Source: Acidobacteriota bacterium (GTDB lineage: Bacteria; Acidobacteriota; Thermoanaerobaculia; Gp7-AA8). Taken from it: 31,109 nt of DNA. The stretch covers positions 1 through 31,109 of the forward strand of contig JAFATB010000016.1 in the NCBI GenBank assembly GCA_019244185.1, given 5' to 3'. The notes beneath the pieces were generated by a model, which searched no databases, had not been told where the DNA came from, and saw nothing but the letters and a program-made list of their open reading frames with translations. Position 1 is the stretch's first letter. The number at the start of each line of letters is the position of its first letter. A program made the translations under genes and the position numbers. Shown here one piece after another: positions 1-7,425 of the stretch.

Positions 1-67
1 ACGACAAGATCATGTCAGGCGAGAGGTCGAACGGGTCCAGGACCGGCAGTTCCTGCTCTTCAGTCAT
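1..67 (-). CDS. 5' end of a gene running off the left edge (MTEEQELPVLDPFDLSPDMILS...), product unknown
   Basis: ATG at 67 on the minus strand preceded by GAAAGGA (SD-like) and a sigma70-like promoter; frame open to the window edge; too short to identify. Confidence 0.6.
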   Translation of the reverse strand, partial: MTEEQELPVLDPFDLSPDMILS

Positions 68-88
68 AGCAGTTATCCTTTCCCGCGC

Positions 89-118
89 AGTTTGGCAGCA
101 CGGCGGTAAAGAAGTCAA
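89..118 (-). promoter_or_regulatory. Putative sigma70 promoter for the leftward gene
   Basis: Minus strand TTGACT-N18-CAAACT with TGn extended -10, about 20 nt upstream of the ATG at 67. Confidence 0.5.
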
Positions 119-165
119 CAAGCCACAAATCGTGGCAGGCGGCGGCCGGCCAAGTGGCGACCGGC

Positions 166-239
166 GGCTAACTCTGGTGTCAAGCCGCCAGCGGGCTGCC
201 GTCCGGCCCGGCGGCCGAGCCGCCTAGGGTCCGTTGGCT
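166..239 (+). repeat. attC-like site, internally deleted (family B left arm joined to R')
   Basis: GGCTAACTCTGGTGTCAAGCCGCCAGCGGGCTG...GCCGAGCCGCCT joins directly to AGGGTCCGTTGGCT; the L' arm (GCTTACACC) is missing relative to 3152-3336. Confidence 0.7.
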
Positions 240-253
240 CCTCACTGGTTCTG

Positions 254-547
254 ATGGAACGCGGCATGATGGTTGAGCGCTGGAAGAAACCACTCGAGCG
301 GATGCGTTACGAGTTCGGTCTCTCCGGCACGTGGACTCTAAACGATCTTTCCGACCGTGCGGAAGATGTTCCGCGCACCTCGCGTCTCTACAAAGTTTCC
401 GTGGGGTACCTGTCCGACCCAGCCGCCGGCTTCAAGGTGCTGACGTCTTTCGAAGATGGACGAACCGGTCCCTTGTTGCAGAAAGTCCGTCAATACTTCG
501 TCGGCATTGCGATTAGCCGCTTCTCCGGTCGCGGCGTACTGCCGTGA
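254..547 (+). CDS. Cassette 1 hypothetical protein (97 aa, possibly frameshifted near the 3' end)
   Basis: Starts 20 nt after the GTT core, as expected for a cassette ORF; no recognisable motif; another frame stays open to about 635. Confidence 0.45.
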   Translation: MERGMMVERWKKPLERMRYEFGLSGTWTLNDLSDRAEDVPRTSRLYKVSVGYLSDPAAGFKVLTSFEDGRTGPLLQKVRQYFVGIAISRFSGRGVLP

Positions 548-660
548 TCTCGAAATGGGTGTGCCGGTTGAGCGAGGGCACACCCCAACGGTGCCGATCT
601 CAAATGTCGCAGCTTCATTAGGCGATCGACAGTGAGAATCAGCCCTAACTCGACATCGCC

Positions 661-854
661 GGCTAACTTTGGTGTGAAGCTGGTGCGGCCCGGCTTCGGC
701 CCGGCAGCCGAGCTGCCTGCGTCGCCAGCGTGACGACGTCACGCCAGTTGCAGAACGCGACTCGGTTCTTCGAACGTCATGCGCGGCAACTGGCGCGCCG
801 CTGCGGCTTCGGCACGCGGGACCGGCCGCACAGCTTACACCAAGGACGTTAGAC
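661..854 (+). repeat. attC site, family A (194 bp)
   Basis: GGCTAAC-TTTGGTGT(G)AAGCTG(G)TGCGGCC ... GGCCGCACAGCTTACACC-AAGGAC-GTTAGAC. Confidence 0.92.
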
Positions 855-928
855 CGGCCGAAAGCCCGGTGCGGAGCGACGGGTCCTACCTGTTGCCGAC
901 GGTGCGGAATGCGTGATTTACTGCCACT

Positions 929-1759
929 ATGGCCGATCTCATCACGACATTCCGAACACTATCGCCGAGTATCGTTGCGTTCGGGTCGAAATTTGCCCGC
1001 TCGAAGGGAGGGCAAGCGCCGCCATTCCCTGAAATCATCGGGACGGGCTTTGTGATCGACGAGCGTGGCATCGTCGTAACGAACCGACACGTCGCCGAGG
1101 CACTTCTCGCATTGCCGTCTGCGCCCAACACCAGTGAGCCAGCGGCCTTCGCTCTGGTTTACGGCGGCGTCTACGAAGAGAACGGTGGGCACGCTTTAAA
1201 CGCAGCACCCGTCGACATCATCCACTACCAAATGATCGGCGCGTTCAAAGCCGAAAAGGAGTGGTACGGCGATCCGCTGCCCGACGCGGCATTTTTGCAA
1301 CTGAAGGTCCGCGGCCTGAAACCGGTGACCCTCGCAACTGACCACTGGTCTTGGGAGGTGGGCACACCCGTAGCTACCGCTGGTTTCGCGATCGGCGCTC
1401 AGGCCATGGTGATCTACGGCAACATCAATCAAATGACACCGATACTCCGCCAGGGAGTGATCGCAAGCGTATTTCCATTCCCTTGTCCCACACCGCACGG
1501 GTTCACCATCGACATCATGACTCTCGGTGGGGAGAGTGGCTCACCGATCTTCCGTCAGGACCGTCCGGAAGTTGTCGGACTGCTGCATGCCGGATTCGAT
1601 AACACGAACATCACGCTCGCACTGCCATCGCTGTTTGTAGCGGAGGCGTACAAGGCTATTTCCGCACAGAACCTATTCGAATTTAGCAGCGATGTGCCCA
1701 CACTAGATGCGCTCTTCGAGGGCGAGGGCTCGAGCGGTCCGGAATGGACGGCGGTCTAA
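929..1759 (+). CDS. Cassette 2 trypsin-like (S1 family) serine protease, no signal peptide
   Basis: GTGFVI..VVTNRHV (His), PDAAFL (Asp), GESGSPIF (Ser) triad motifs; stop codon TAA lies inside the R'' GTCTAAC. Confidence 0.9.
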   Translation: MADLITTFRTLSPSIVAFGSKFARSKGGQAPPFPEIIGTGFVIDERGIVVTNRHVAEALLALPSAPNTSEPAAFALVYGGVYEENGGHALNAAPVDIIHYQMIGAFKAEKEWYGDPLPDAAFLQLKVRGLKPVTLATDHWSWEVGTPVATAGFAIGAQAMVIYGNINQMTPILRQGVIASVFPFPCPTPHGFTIDIMTLGGESGSPIFRQDRPEVVGLLHAGFDNTNITLALPSLFVAEAYKAISAQNLFEFSSDVPTLDALFEGEGSSGPEWTAV

Positions 1760-1928
1760 CTTTGGTGTGAAGCTGGCACGGCCCGGCTGCCGAGCCGCCT
1801 CGCGCGCGGCAAGCGTGACGGCGTCACGCCGCCTGCAGCCGCGTCAAAGTCAAAGGCGGCAAGCGGCGTGCCGCTCTGGCTTCGGCACGCGGGGACCGCC
1901 CGTGCAGCTTACACCAAGGACGTTAGGC
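1754..1928 (+). repeat. attC site, family A (175 bp)
   Basis: GTCTAAC-TTTGGTGT(G)AAGCTG(G)CACGG ... CCGTGCAGCTTACACC-AAGGAC-GTTAGGC. Confidence 0.92.
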
Positions 1929-2410
1929 CGACGAGCCATACTTCCCGTGGCAACGCCTTTCCATGACGCTCCGCGTACTTGCACCGCAACGCGCAGAACC
2001 AGCTACGCAGGCACCCTTGGGCAGAATGGCGCAGGCTGTAGGCCAACAAATCGCCATTCCGAGCGATCTGCGCGGGAATCGCGGCAGTGAACGAACTGCA
2101 ACACGTCAGGTGATGCGGTAAGCTGACTAGGTGAGCTCCTTGTGCGATCCGCGAAAGGCATGGACGAACGTCGGAAGTACGGCGAGTCTTCCGAGGAGAC
2201 CTGCTCCGTCCTCGTCGACCGCATCGCGCGTATCCACGACGACCCGGATCATTCGTTCGGACGAGATCCGGTGAGATCGTCGCGGGGCATCGAGTGGTGG
2301 TCGGTTACTGGTGGTCTCTTTCACGGAACTAGGCGAGTTCGTTCGTATTATCAACGCTCGGTGCGCGGACCAGATGACCGTGAGAGCCGTTGGGCTGACG
2401 GAGGTGGATA

Positions 2411-2881
2411 ATGCAGGCAGCGTCGCGCGGCATTTTGATTGTCAGCAGCATCTTTGCCTCGTTGGTCTCGTTCGCCGCACCATCAACATACGTCGCGACT
2501 CGTGCGGCCGCTGTGAAGCAGGCCACCCTCGTCCTCGCCGAGCTCGAGCCGATCGCGCGAGAGAATCCGAGCCACTACCCGGATAAATCGACTCAGCAGA
2601 AAATCGGTCAACTCATGGCCGGGCTCAAGGATCTGCACGCGCTATCGGTTTTCGCGAAGCTCGCCGCCGCCGTCCAGAGTGGTTTGGCAGAGCATCAAAG
2701 CTACGACTCGGTGTTCGAACATGCGGAATGGCTCGCCATTGAGAGAGTTGCATCCATTCCAGGCGAAGAGGCCCGATTCGAGCTTGAAAATGTCCTCAAA
2801 CCGACTCTTGGAGCCGACGGGCATCCGGCAGAGCTATTCTCCGAGCTACTCGCGAAGCAGCGAGCTCTCAAGCCGCGCTAA
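2411..2881 (+). CDS. Cassette 3 secreted hypothetical protein (156 aa)
   Basis: GGAGGT SD; N-terminal signal-peptide-like stretch (RGILIVSSIFASLVSFA-A); stop immediately before the degenerate attC. Confidence 0.75.
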   Translation: MQAASRGILIVSSIFASLVSFAAPSTYVATRAAAVKQATLVLAELEPIARENPSHYPDKSTQQKIGQLMAGLKDLHALSVFAKLAAAVQSGLAEHQSYDSVFEHAEWLAIERVASIPGEEARFELENVLKPTLGADGHPAELFSELLAKQRALKPR

Positions 2882-2887
2882 CCGCAG

Positions 2888-3046
2888 CCCCAACTCACGG
2901 TGGACCTGACCACGCGCCGTTCGTTAGCCCGGCGGCCGAGTCGCCTTGGTCATCGCGACGCGGCTGGCGTCGCGCCGCTTGCATTTGCGGCATTTCAAGT
3001 GCAGCAAGCCATCCGCGGTCGCTTGGTCAATCCGCGAACGTACACG
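2888..3046 (+). repeat. Degenerate attC relic
   Basis: CCCCAAC-TCACGGTGGACC ... GGTCAATCCGCGAAC-GTACACG; retains CCCGGCGGCCGAGTCGCCT and GGCGTCGCGCCGCTTGCA shared with family A; core GTT reads GTA. Confidence 0.65.
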
Positions 3047-3151
3047 GGCAGAAGGAGACGCGATGCTGAAGAATCGTTTGAGGTTCATGTGCGACGCAAT
3101 GATCACCTCGATCGCGGTACCGCGTGGTGCAGTTGGTGAGTGAATCGCGCG

Positions 3152-3336
3152 GCCTAACTCTGGTGTGAAGCCGTCGGCGGGCTGGTCGTCCGGCCCGGCG
3201 GCCGAGCCGCCTAAATGATCGCCCACAGGAATGGCGGCACGCCAGCCGCAGGCGCCTAAATGCGTCGTCGCGCGTGCTCGGCGGCGGCTGTCCGGCCACG
3301 CGAAGCCCGCCGCGGCTTACACCAGGGACGTTAGGC
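3152..3336 (+). repeat. attC site, family B (185 bp)
   Basis: GCCTAAC-TCTGGTGT(G)AAGCCG(T)CGGCGGGCT ... AGCCCGCCGCGGCTTACACC-AGGGAC-GTTAGGC. Confidence 0.92.
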
Positions 3337-3590
3337 GGACGAATCAACATCTGAGCGCCGGCACGTTTCCTATGAGCTCAGCGTAAATGCACCCTCGGCA
3401 CTGCGAAGTGTCGGAAGAGGCCTCTCCCTTCAGAAGCCAGAATCGGAAGACGCCATCTGTCTGAAGTTGGGAAGGGGGGCGCACTGCGACGTTCGTCGGC
3501 GTCGCATTCTCCGAAGCGAGACGGTAGGGTGGACGCCGGCCGTGTTCCCACCCGGAGCCATTTTGGGCAAGCCGGGGAATCAAGTTGCAC

Positions 3591-3618
3591 TTGCAGGGCG
3601 CCGCGATCGCGCTATCAT
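3591..3618 (+). promoter_or_regulatory. Putative cassette-internal sigma70 promoter
   Basis: TTGCAG-N16-TATCAT about 135 nt upstream of the ATG at 3753. Confidence 0.4.
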
Positions 3619-3752
3619 CTTCTGATAAGCGACCATTTTCGAAGCAGTCAGTCTGGCGCTGCGTCTGCTTTTTTCCGTTAGCAGCTTAGCGCACTCCGCA
3701 GATAACCGTCCCAGTGCTGTCACGTCGAGCAGCCGACAAAGGAGAAGGCGAG

Positions 3753-3953
3753 ATGTCTGAAAACCCGTGTATTGAAGCCTCCAATGCCGCCTATCAGGCG
3801 CGTATCGGCAAGCTGTTTGACAATTTGGCAGAATGCCTAATGCTCGCGGAGCCGGATAACGATGAGGCGCGTGCGGCCTGCCAAGAACGATTCCGCCGTG
3901 GCCTTTCGGCGGCTCGTGAAGCTCGTGCAATTGCGCTTAAGGAGTGTCGCTGA
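3753..3953 (+). CDS. Cassette 4 small helical hypothetical protein (66 aa, 4 Cys)
   Basis: AAAGGAG SD upstream of ATG 3753; MSENPCIEASNAAYQARIGKLFDNLAECLMLAE... looks like amphipathic helices. Confidence 0.7.
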   Translation: MSENPCIEASNAAYQARIGKLFDNLAECLMLAEPDNDEARAACQERFRRGLSAAREARAIALKECR

Positions 3954-4211
3954 TCGCGGGTGAACCGCGCAAGTGATGACTCGCAGTGGAACTGTCACTG
4001 CCGCGCTGAGCAGTTCTTGCCGTTTGAGCGGAGCGTCTACGCCCCACCATGCCTGCATGACGAAGAGAGGGAGCCGTCCTCGGTCAGTGTCGGCTATCGT
4101 GCGTATACCGAACCAGTAACGCGTAATGTAGCAGCGCGCGTATCGTTGCCGGCTCGCCGCAACGTGGCACGGGACAGATGACTTCTGTCACCGGTGCTTC
4201 AGACGCTCGCC

Positions 4212-4409
4212 GGCTAACTCCACACTGAAGCTGGCGTGGCCCGGCTTCGGCCCGGCGGCCGAGCCGCCTCGGTCGATCACGATCGTCGCGGCGTCACGCT
4301 GGCTGCATTTCGCTCCCGCCGAAGCCTCGTTAGTCGCGGCAGCCAGCCCGCCGCTGTGACTTCGGCACGCGGGCCCTGGCCACGCAGCTTAGTGTGAGAT
4401 CCGTTAGGC
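4212..4409 (+). repeat. attC site, family A variant (198 bp)
   Basis: GGCTAAC-TCCACACT(G)AAGCTG(G)CGTGGCC ... GGCCACGCAGCTTAGTGTG-AGATCC-GTTAGGC; the L-box stem co-varies relative to the other sites. Confidence 0.92.
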
Positions 4410-4782
4410 GCACGCAGCTGTGGCGTCAACATTGTGGTGTCTTCGGCTGTGTCACCAAGGGCTCGTTCCGCCGACTCGATGGCGACACAGGTGTTTCGCG
4501 ACTTGCTACGCATCAGCATCGCTGTCCAATTCAGCTGCCGTCCGACCCGTTGTGGTTTGGTGGCAGGGAAACTCCGAAGAGGCGCTGCACAGATGACACG
4601 TTCTGCGTTGCAGCTCCTGCCGGCGTACAAAGCCACACAATGGTAGGTACGGCGAGGCGGCACGGTTCGTTCCGATCCAAGCAGTAGTCGTCAGGGGGCG
4701 CTCGTTCTGATGCCCGAAGGTATTACGCCCACATCGGCGGACGTTTGGAGTCTCGATATGAGTGACCATGTTCATGACCGCG

Positions 4783-4968
4783 GGCTAACTCTGGTGTGAA
4801 GCCGTCGGCGGGCTGGCCGTCCGGCCCGCCGGCCGAGCCGCTACATCATCTAAATATGCACGGCAGCACGCCGGCCGCAGACGCGCATATGCGTCTTCGC
4901 GCGCTCGCCGCGGCGCGGCGTTCCGCGCACCTCAAGCCCGCAGCGGCTTACACCAAGGGACGTTGTGC
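4783..4968 (+). repeat. attC site, family B (186 bp), last in the array
   Basis: GGCTAAC-TCTGGTGT(G)AAGCCG(T)CGGCGGGCT ... AGCCCGCAGCGGCTTACACC-AAGGGAC-GTTGTGC. Confidence 0.9.
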
Positions 4969-5568
4969 GGACGGCCCGTGTGCTGCGTAGACTCAGGTCG
5001 CTGCCGGTAAGTTACAGGTGCAAAGCGACTGCTGCTCCGCGTCGAAGCGAACACGTGCACGAGAGCCGCTAGTTTCGCGATCGACTGGCTGCCCGCGCTG
5101 CGCTCTTCAGTGGCCGCGCCTGAGGCTAGTTTGGGTTATCTTTACGTGTGCGTACACGACTGCCAGCCGATCGCATCGTTTCGGAGTGAACGCGTCTCCG
5201 AATCGGTGCGGCGTTCGCTACGCAGCAGCCGCCCGCGTCCGCGACGTTGTGACTGTCCGCTCAGGCTGCGGCTTCGTGTGCGTAGTTGCAGGTGTCACGC
5301 ATCGGCCGGTCGCACCGCCGTAGTCACCTCGGCCCGCACTTGAAGGCCGCGAGCGGCTGAGTGAAAGAAGGTGGGACGGACGGAACGTTGGCTTGCTATA
5401 AGACGTTTGCTGTCGGACTGATAGCGCTTTGAGTGTCAAGCCTCCCGACGAGCCGCCGGTCCATCTCAAGATGGACAAGGCGCTTTGTCCGATCGTTGTC
5501 GCCTGCAACGTGTACCTCAGCTGGAGAAGCAACGGGCGAAGGCGGTTCCGAATTGACTAACTGCTTAA

Positions 5569-6246
5569 TTAAGGTATTTCAAGAATCATTCTCAATCGCC
5601 CCAAATCCTCCTGCACGTTGAGCGCGGGGTCGTCGCCGAGGAGTTTGGAGACGCGGGCGCCGAGGCGGCCGGCGGGGGGATCGTAGCGGAGGATGACTTT
5701 GACTTCGGTGGCGTTGCGGGTGGGGGTGGGGGTGAAGTGGACGGAGCCGGCGTTGTCGACCTGGCTGCTGTCGACGGAGCGCCAGCCGATGAGCTCATTG
5801 GGGATTTCGTTGATGATCTCGGCTTCCCACGACACGGTCGTTCCGGCGGGGCCGCGCGCGGTCCAGCGGGAGCGTTTGTCGTCATGCACGTCCACCGATT
5901 CGAGGTGTTGCATGAAGCGGGGGAGGTTGGCGAAGTCGCGCCAGAACGCGTAGATGCGTTCAGGCGGGGCATTGACGATCACCGACTCTTCGACACGGAT
6001 GCCTTTGCCGTAGGGGACGCTGACGTGGCTGTCATCCTCCGCGTCGGGGACGCTGGTCACGCCGAGCGTCTGATACACCATGCAATGGCCTGTGGCGCCG
6101 CGCCAGACGAGCGCGCCGCCGGCGGCGGCGATGGCGAGGCCGCGCAGCGATCGCGACTTCAAGCCGTAGGCGGCGACGGCGCTGCCGAGGATGACGGAGA
6201 TCCAGCGTTCGGGATCGTTGACGTTGACGTTGGCTCGTTCAGTCAT
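5569..6246 (-). CDS. SRPBCC family (cyclase/dehydrase) protein with N-terminal DUF2892-like membrane segment
   Basis: NVNDPERWIS..GATGHC..Y and IYAFWRDFANLPRFMQHLESV..SRWTARGPAG..WEAEI..NAGSVHF motifs; start moved to ATG 6246. Confidence 0.9.
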   Translation of the reverse strand: MTERANVNVNDPERWISVILGSAVAAYGLKSRSLRGLAIAAAGGALVWRGATGHCMVYQTLGVTSVPDAEDDSHVSVPYGKGIRVEESVIVNAPPERIYAFWRDFANLPRFMQHLESVDVHDDKRSRWTARGPAGTTVSWEAEIINEIPNELIGWRSVDSSQVDNAGSVHFTPTPTRNATEVKVILRYDPPAGRLGARVSKLLGDDPALNVQEDLGRLRMILEIP

Positions 6247-6297
6247 GACGCCGTTCGCTGCGGCATGAAGCATGCCCGGGCGATAGAATCGGCGGCC

Positions 6298-7260
6298 ATG
6301 CCGAACGCCGCGCCGCCCGTCCGTCCCGTCACTCTCGCCGAGATCGAAGCCGCGCGCGAACGCATCCGCGGCGTGATCACGCGCACCCCGCTCGTCCGCC
6401 TGCTGCACGGCATCGACGGCGCGCCGGAAATCTGGCTGAAGCTGGAGAATCTGCAGCCGATCAACGCGTTCAAGCTGCGCGGCGCGGCGAATGCGGTCGC
6501 GCTGCTGTCCCCCGAAGAACGCAGCAAGGGCGTCTGGACGATCAGCGCGGGCAACGCGGGACAAGGCGTCGCGTACGCGGCGCGCGCCGCGGGCGTGCCG
6601 TGCAGCGTGGTCGTAATCGACAAGGCTCCGGAGACGAAGATCGAGCGGATGCGCGCGCTCGGCGCGACACTGGTCAAGGCGCCGTTCGACGCATGCTGGC
6701 GCGCGATGGACGAGCGCGCGTTCCCCGGCATGGACGGGACGTTCGTGCATCCATTCGACGATCACGATTTCGTCGCCGGCAATGCGACCGTCGCCCTCGA
6801 AATCTTCGAAGATCTTCCCAACGTAAAAACCGTCATCGCCGCGATCGGCGGCGGCGGTCTCATCGCCGGCATCGGCAGCGCCCTCCGCGCCGTCGCGCCC
6901 CAGGTCCGCGTCCTCGGCGCGGAACCGGAGACCGCCGCGCCCGGCGCCGCATCATTCGCCGCGGGCGCACCACAAGTGTTCGACGGCTGGCAGCAGTCGT
7001 TCGTCGACGGCGCCGGCGGCAAGAGCATCTTCCCGCGCATGTGGGAACGCATGAAGACGACCGTCGACGGTTCGACGATCGTGACGCTCGATGAAGTGCG
7101 CGACGCAATGCGCCTCGTCGCCTCGAAGATGCGCGTGATCGCCGAAGGCGCCGGCGCCCTCGGCGTCGCCGCCGCGCTCAAGGAATCCGACGGCCCCGTC
7201 GTCGCCGTCGTCTCCGGCGGCAACATCGACCTGCGCAAGTTCTGCGAACTGGTTGGGTGA
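6298..7260 (+). CDS. PLP-dependent threonine/serine dehydratase family protein
   Basis: KLENLQPINAFKLRGA (PLP lysine), SAGN, IGGGGL, SGGNID; no regulatory domain; TAGAAT 8 nt before ATG 6298. Confidence 0.92.
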   Translation: MPNAAPPVRPVTLAEIEAARERIRGVITRTPLVRLLHGIDGAPEIWLKLENLQPINAFKLRGAANAVALLSPEERSKGVWTISAGNAGQGVAYAARAAGVPCSVVVIDKAPETKIERMRALGATLVKAPFDACWRAMDERAFPGMDGTFVHPFDDHDFVAGNATVALEIFEDLPNVKTVIAAIGGGGLIAGIGSALRAVAPQVRVLGAEPETAAPGAASFAAGAPQVFDGWQQSFVDGAGGKSIFPRMWERMKTTVDGSTIVTLDEVRDAMRLVASKMRVIAEGAGALGVAAALKESDGPVVAVVSGGNIDLRKFCELVG

Positions 7261-7267
7261 GGCGATA

Positions 7268-7418
7268 GGGACCGACCAGAGGCCTCCGGCGGGCCGGCGC
7301 GGCCGGCTGCGCTAAGGGCCTAGCCAGCACGCACGTTCAGAGCAGCCGCACGTGCGGATAGGCTAGGCCCTAAGCGCAGCCGGCCGCGCCGGCCCGCCGG
7401 AGGCCTCTCGTCGGTCCC
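7268..7418 (+). repeat. Long intergenic inverted repeat (58-bp arms, 2 mismatches), REP/MITE-like or bidirectional terminator
   Basis: 7268-7325 is the reverse complement of 7361-7418; fills the gap between convergent genes. Confidence 0.9.
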
Positions 7419-7425
7419 CGTCGGC

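Larger units (their letters stand above)
166..4968 (+). mobile_element. Integron gene-cassette array (CALIN, or an integron whose intI lies left of the window)
   Basis: Repeated imperfect palindromes bounded by ..YAAC and GTT.. in the same orientation, separated by 0.4-1.2 kb unique segments; R'' of a cassette is complementary to the R' at its start (GTTAGACCG/CGGTCTAAC, GTTAGGCCG/CGGCCTAAC). Confidence 0.92.

Noticed and set aside
642-649. Extra R''-like GCCCTAAC just before the 661 site
   Set aside because: Not followed by an L box; a short match expected by chance.
166-4968. CRISPR array interpretation of the recurring repeats
   Set aside because: Repeats are 175-198 bp and divergent, the intervening segments are 0.4-1.2 kb and gene-bearing, and no cas genes are present.
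5067-5252. Possible further attC relic (CGCTAGT ... GCGACGTTGTGA, 186 bp)
   Set aside because: Length fits, but the AAC core, L boxes and the shared internal motif are absent; not distinguishable from chance.
4969-5568. Short ORFs after the last attC
   Set aside because: No SD, no motifs and no closing attC; treated as decayed or non-coding sequence.
5569-7260. Overlapping long versions of the SRPBCC (to 6765) and dehydratase (from 5737) ORFs
   Set aside because: The extensions are antisense shadows of each other; homology motifs and the -10 box support starts at 6246 and 6298.
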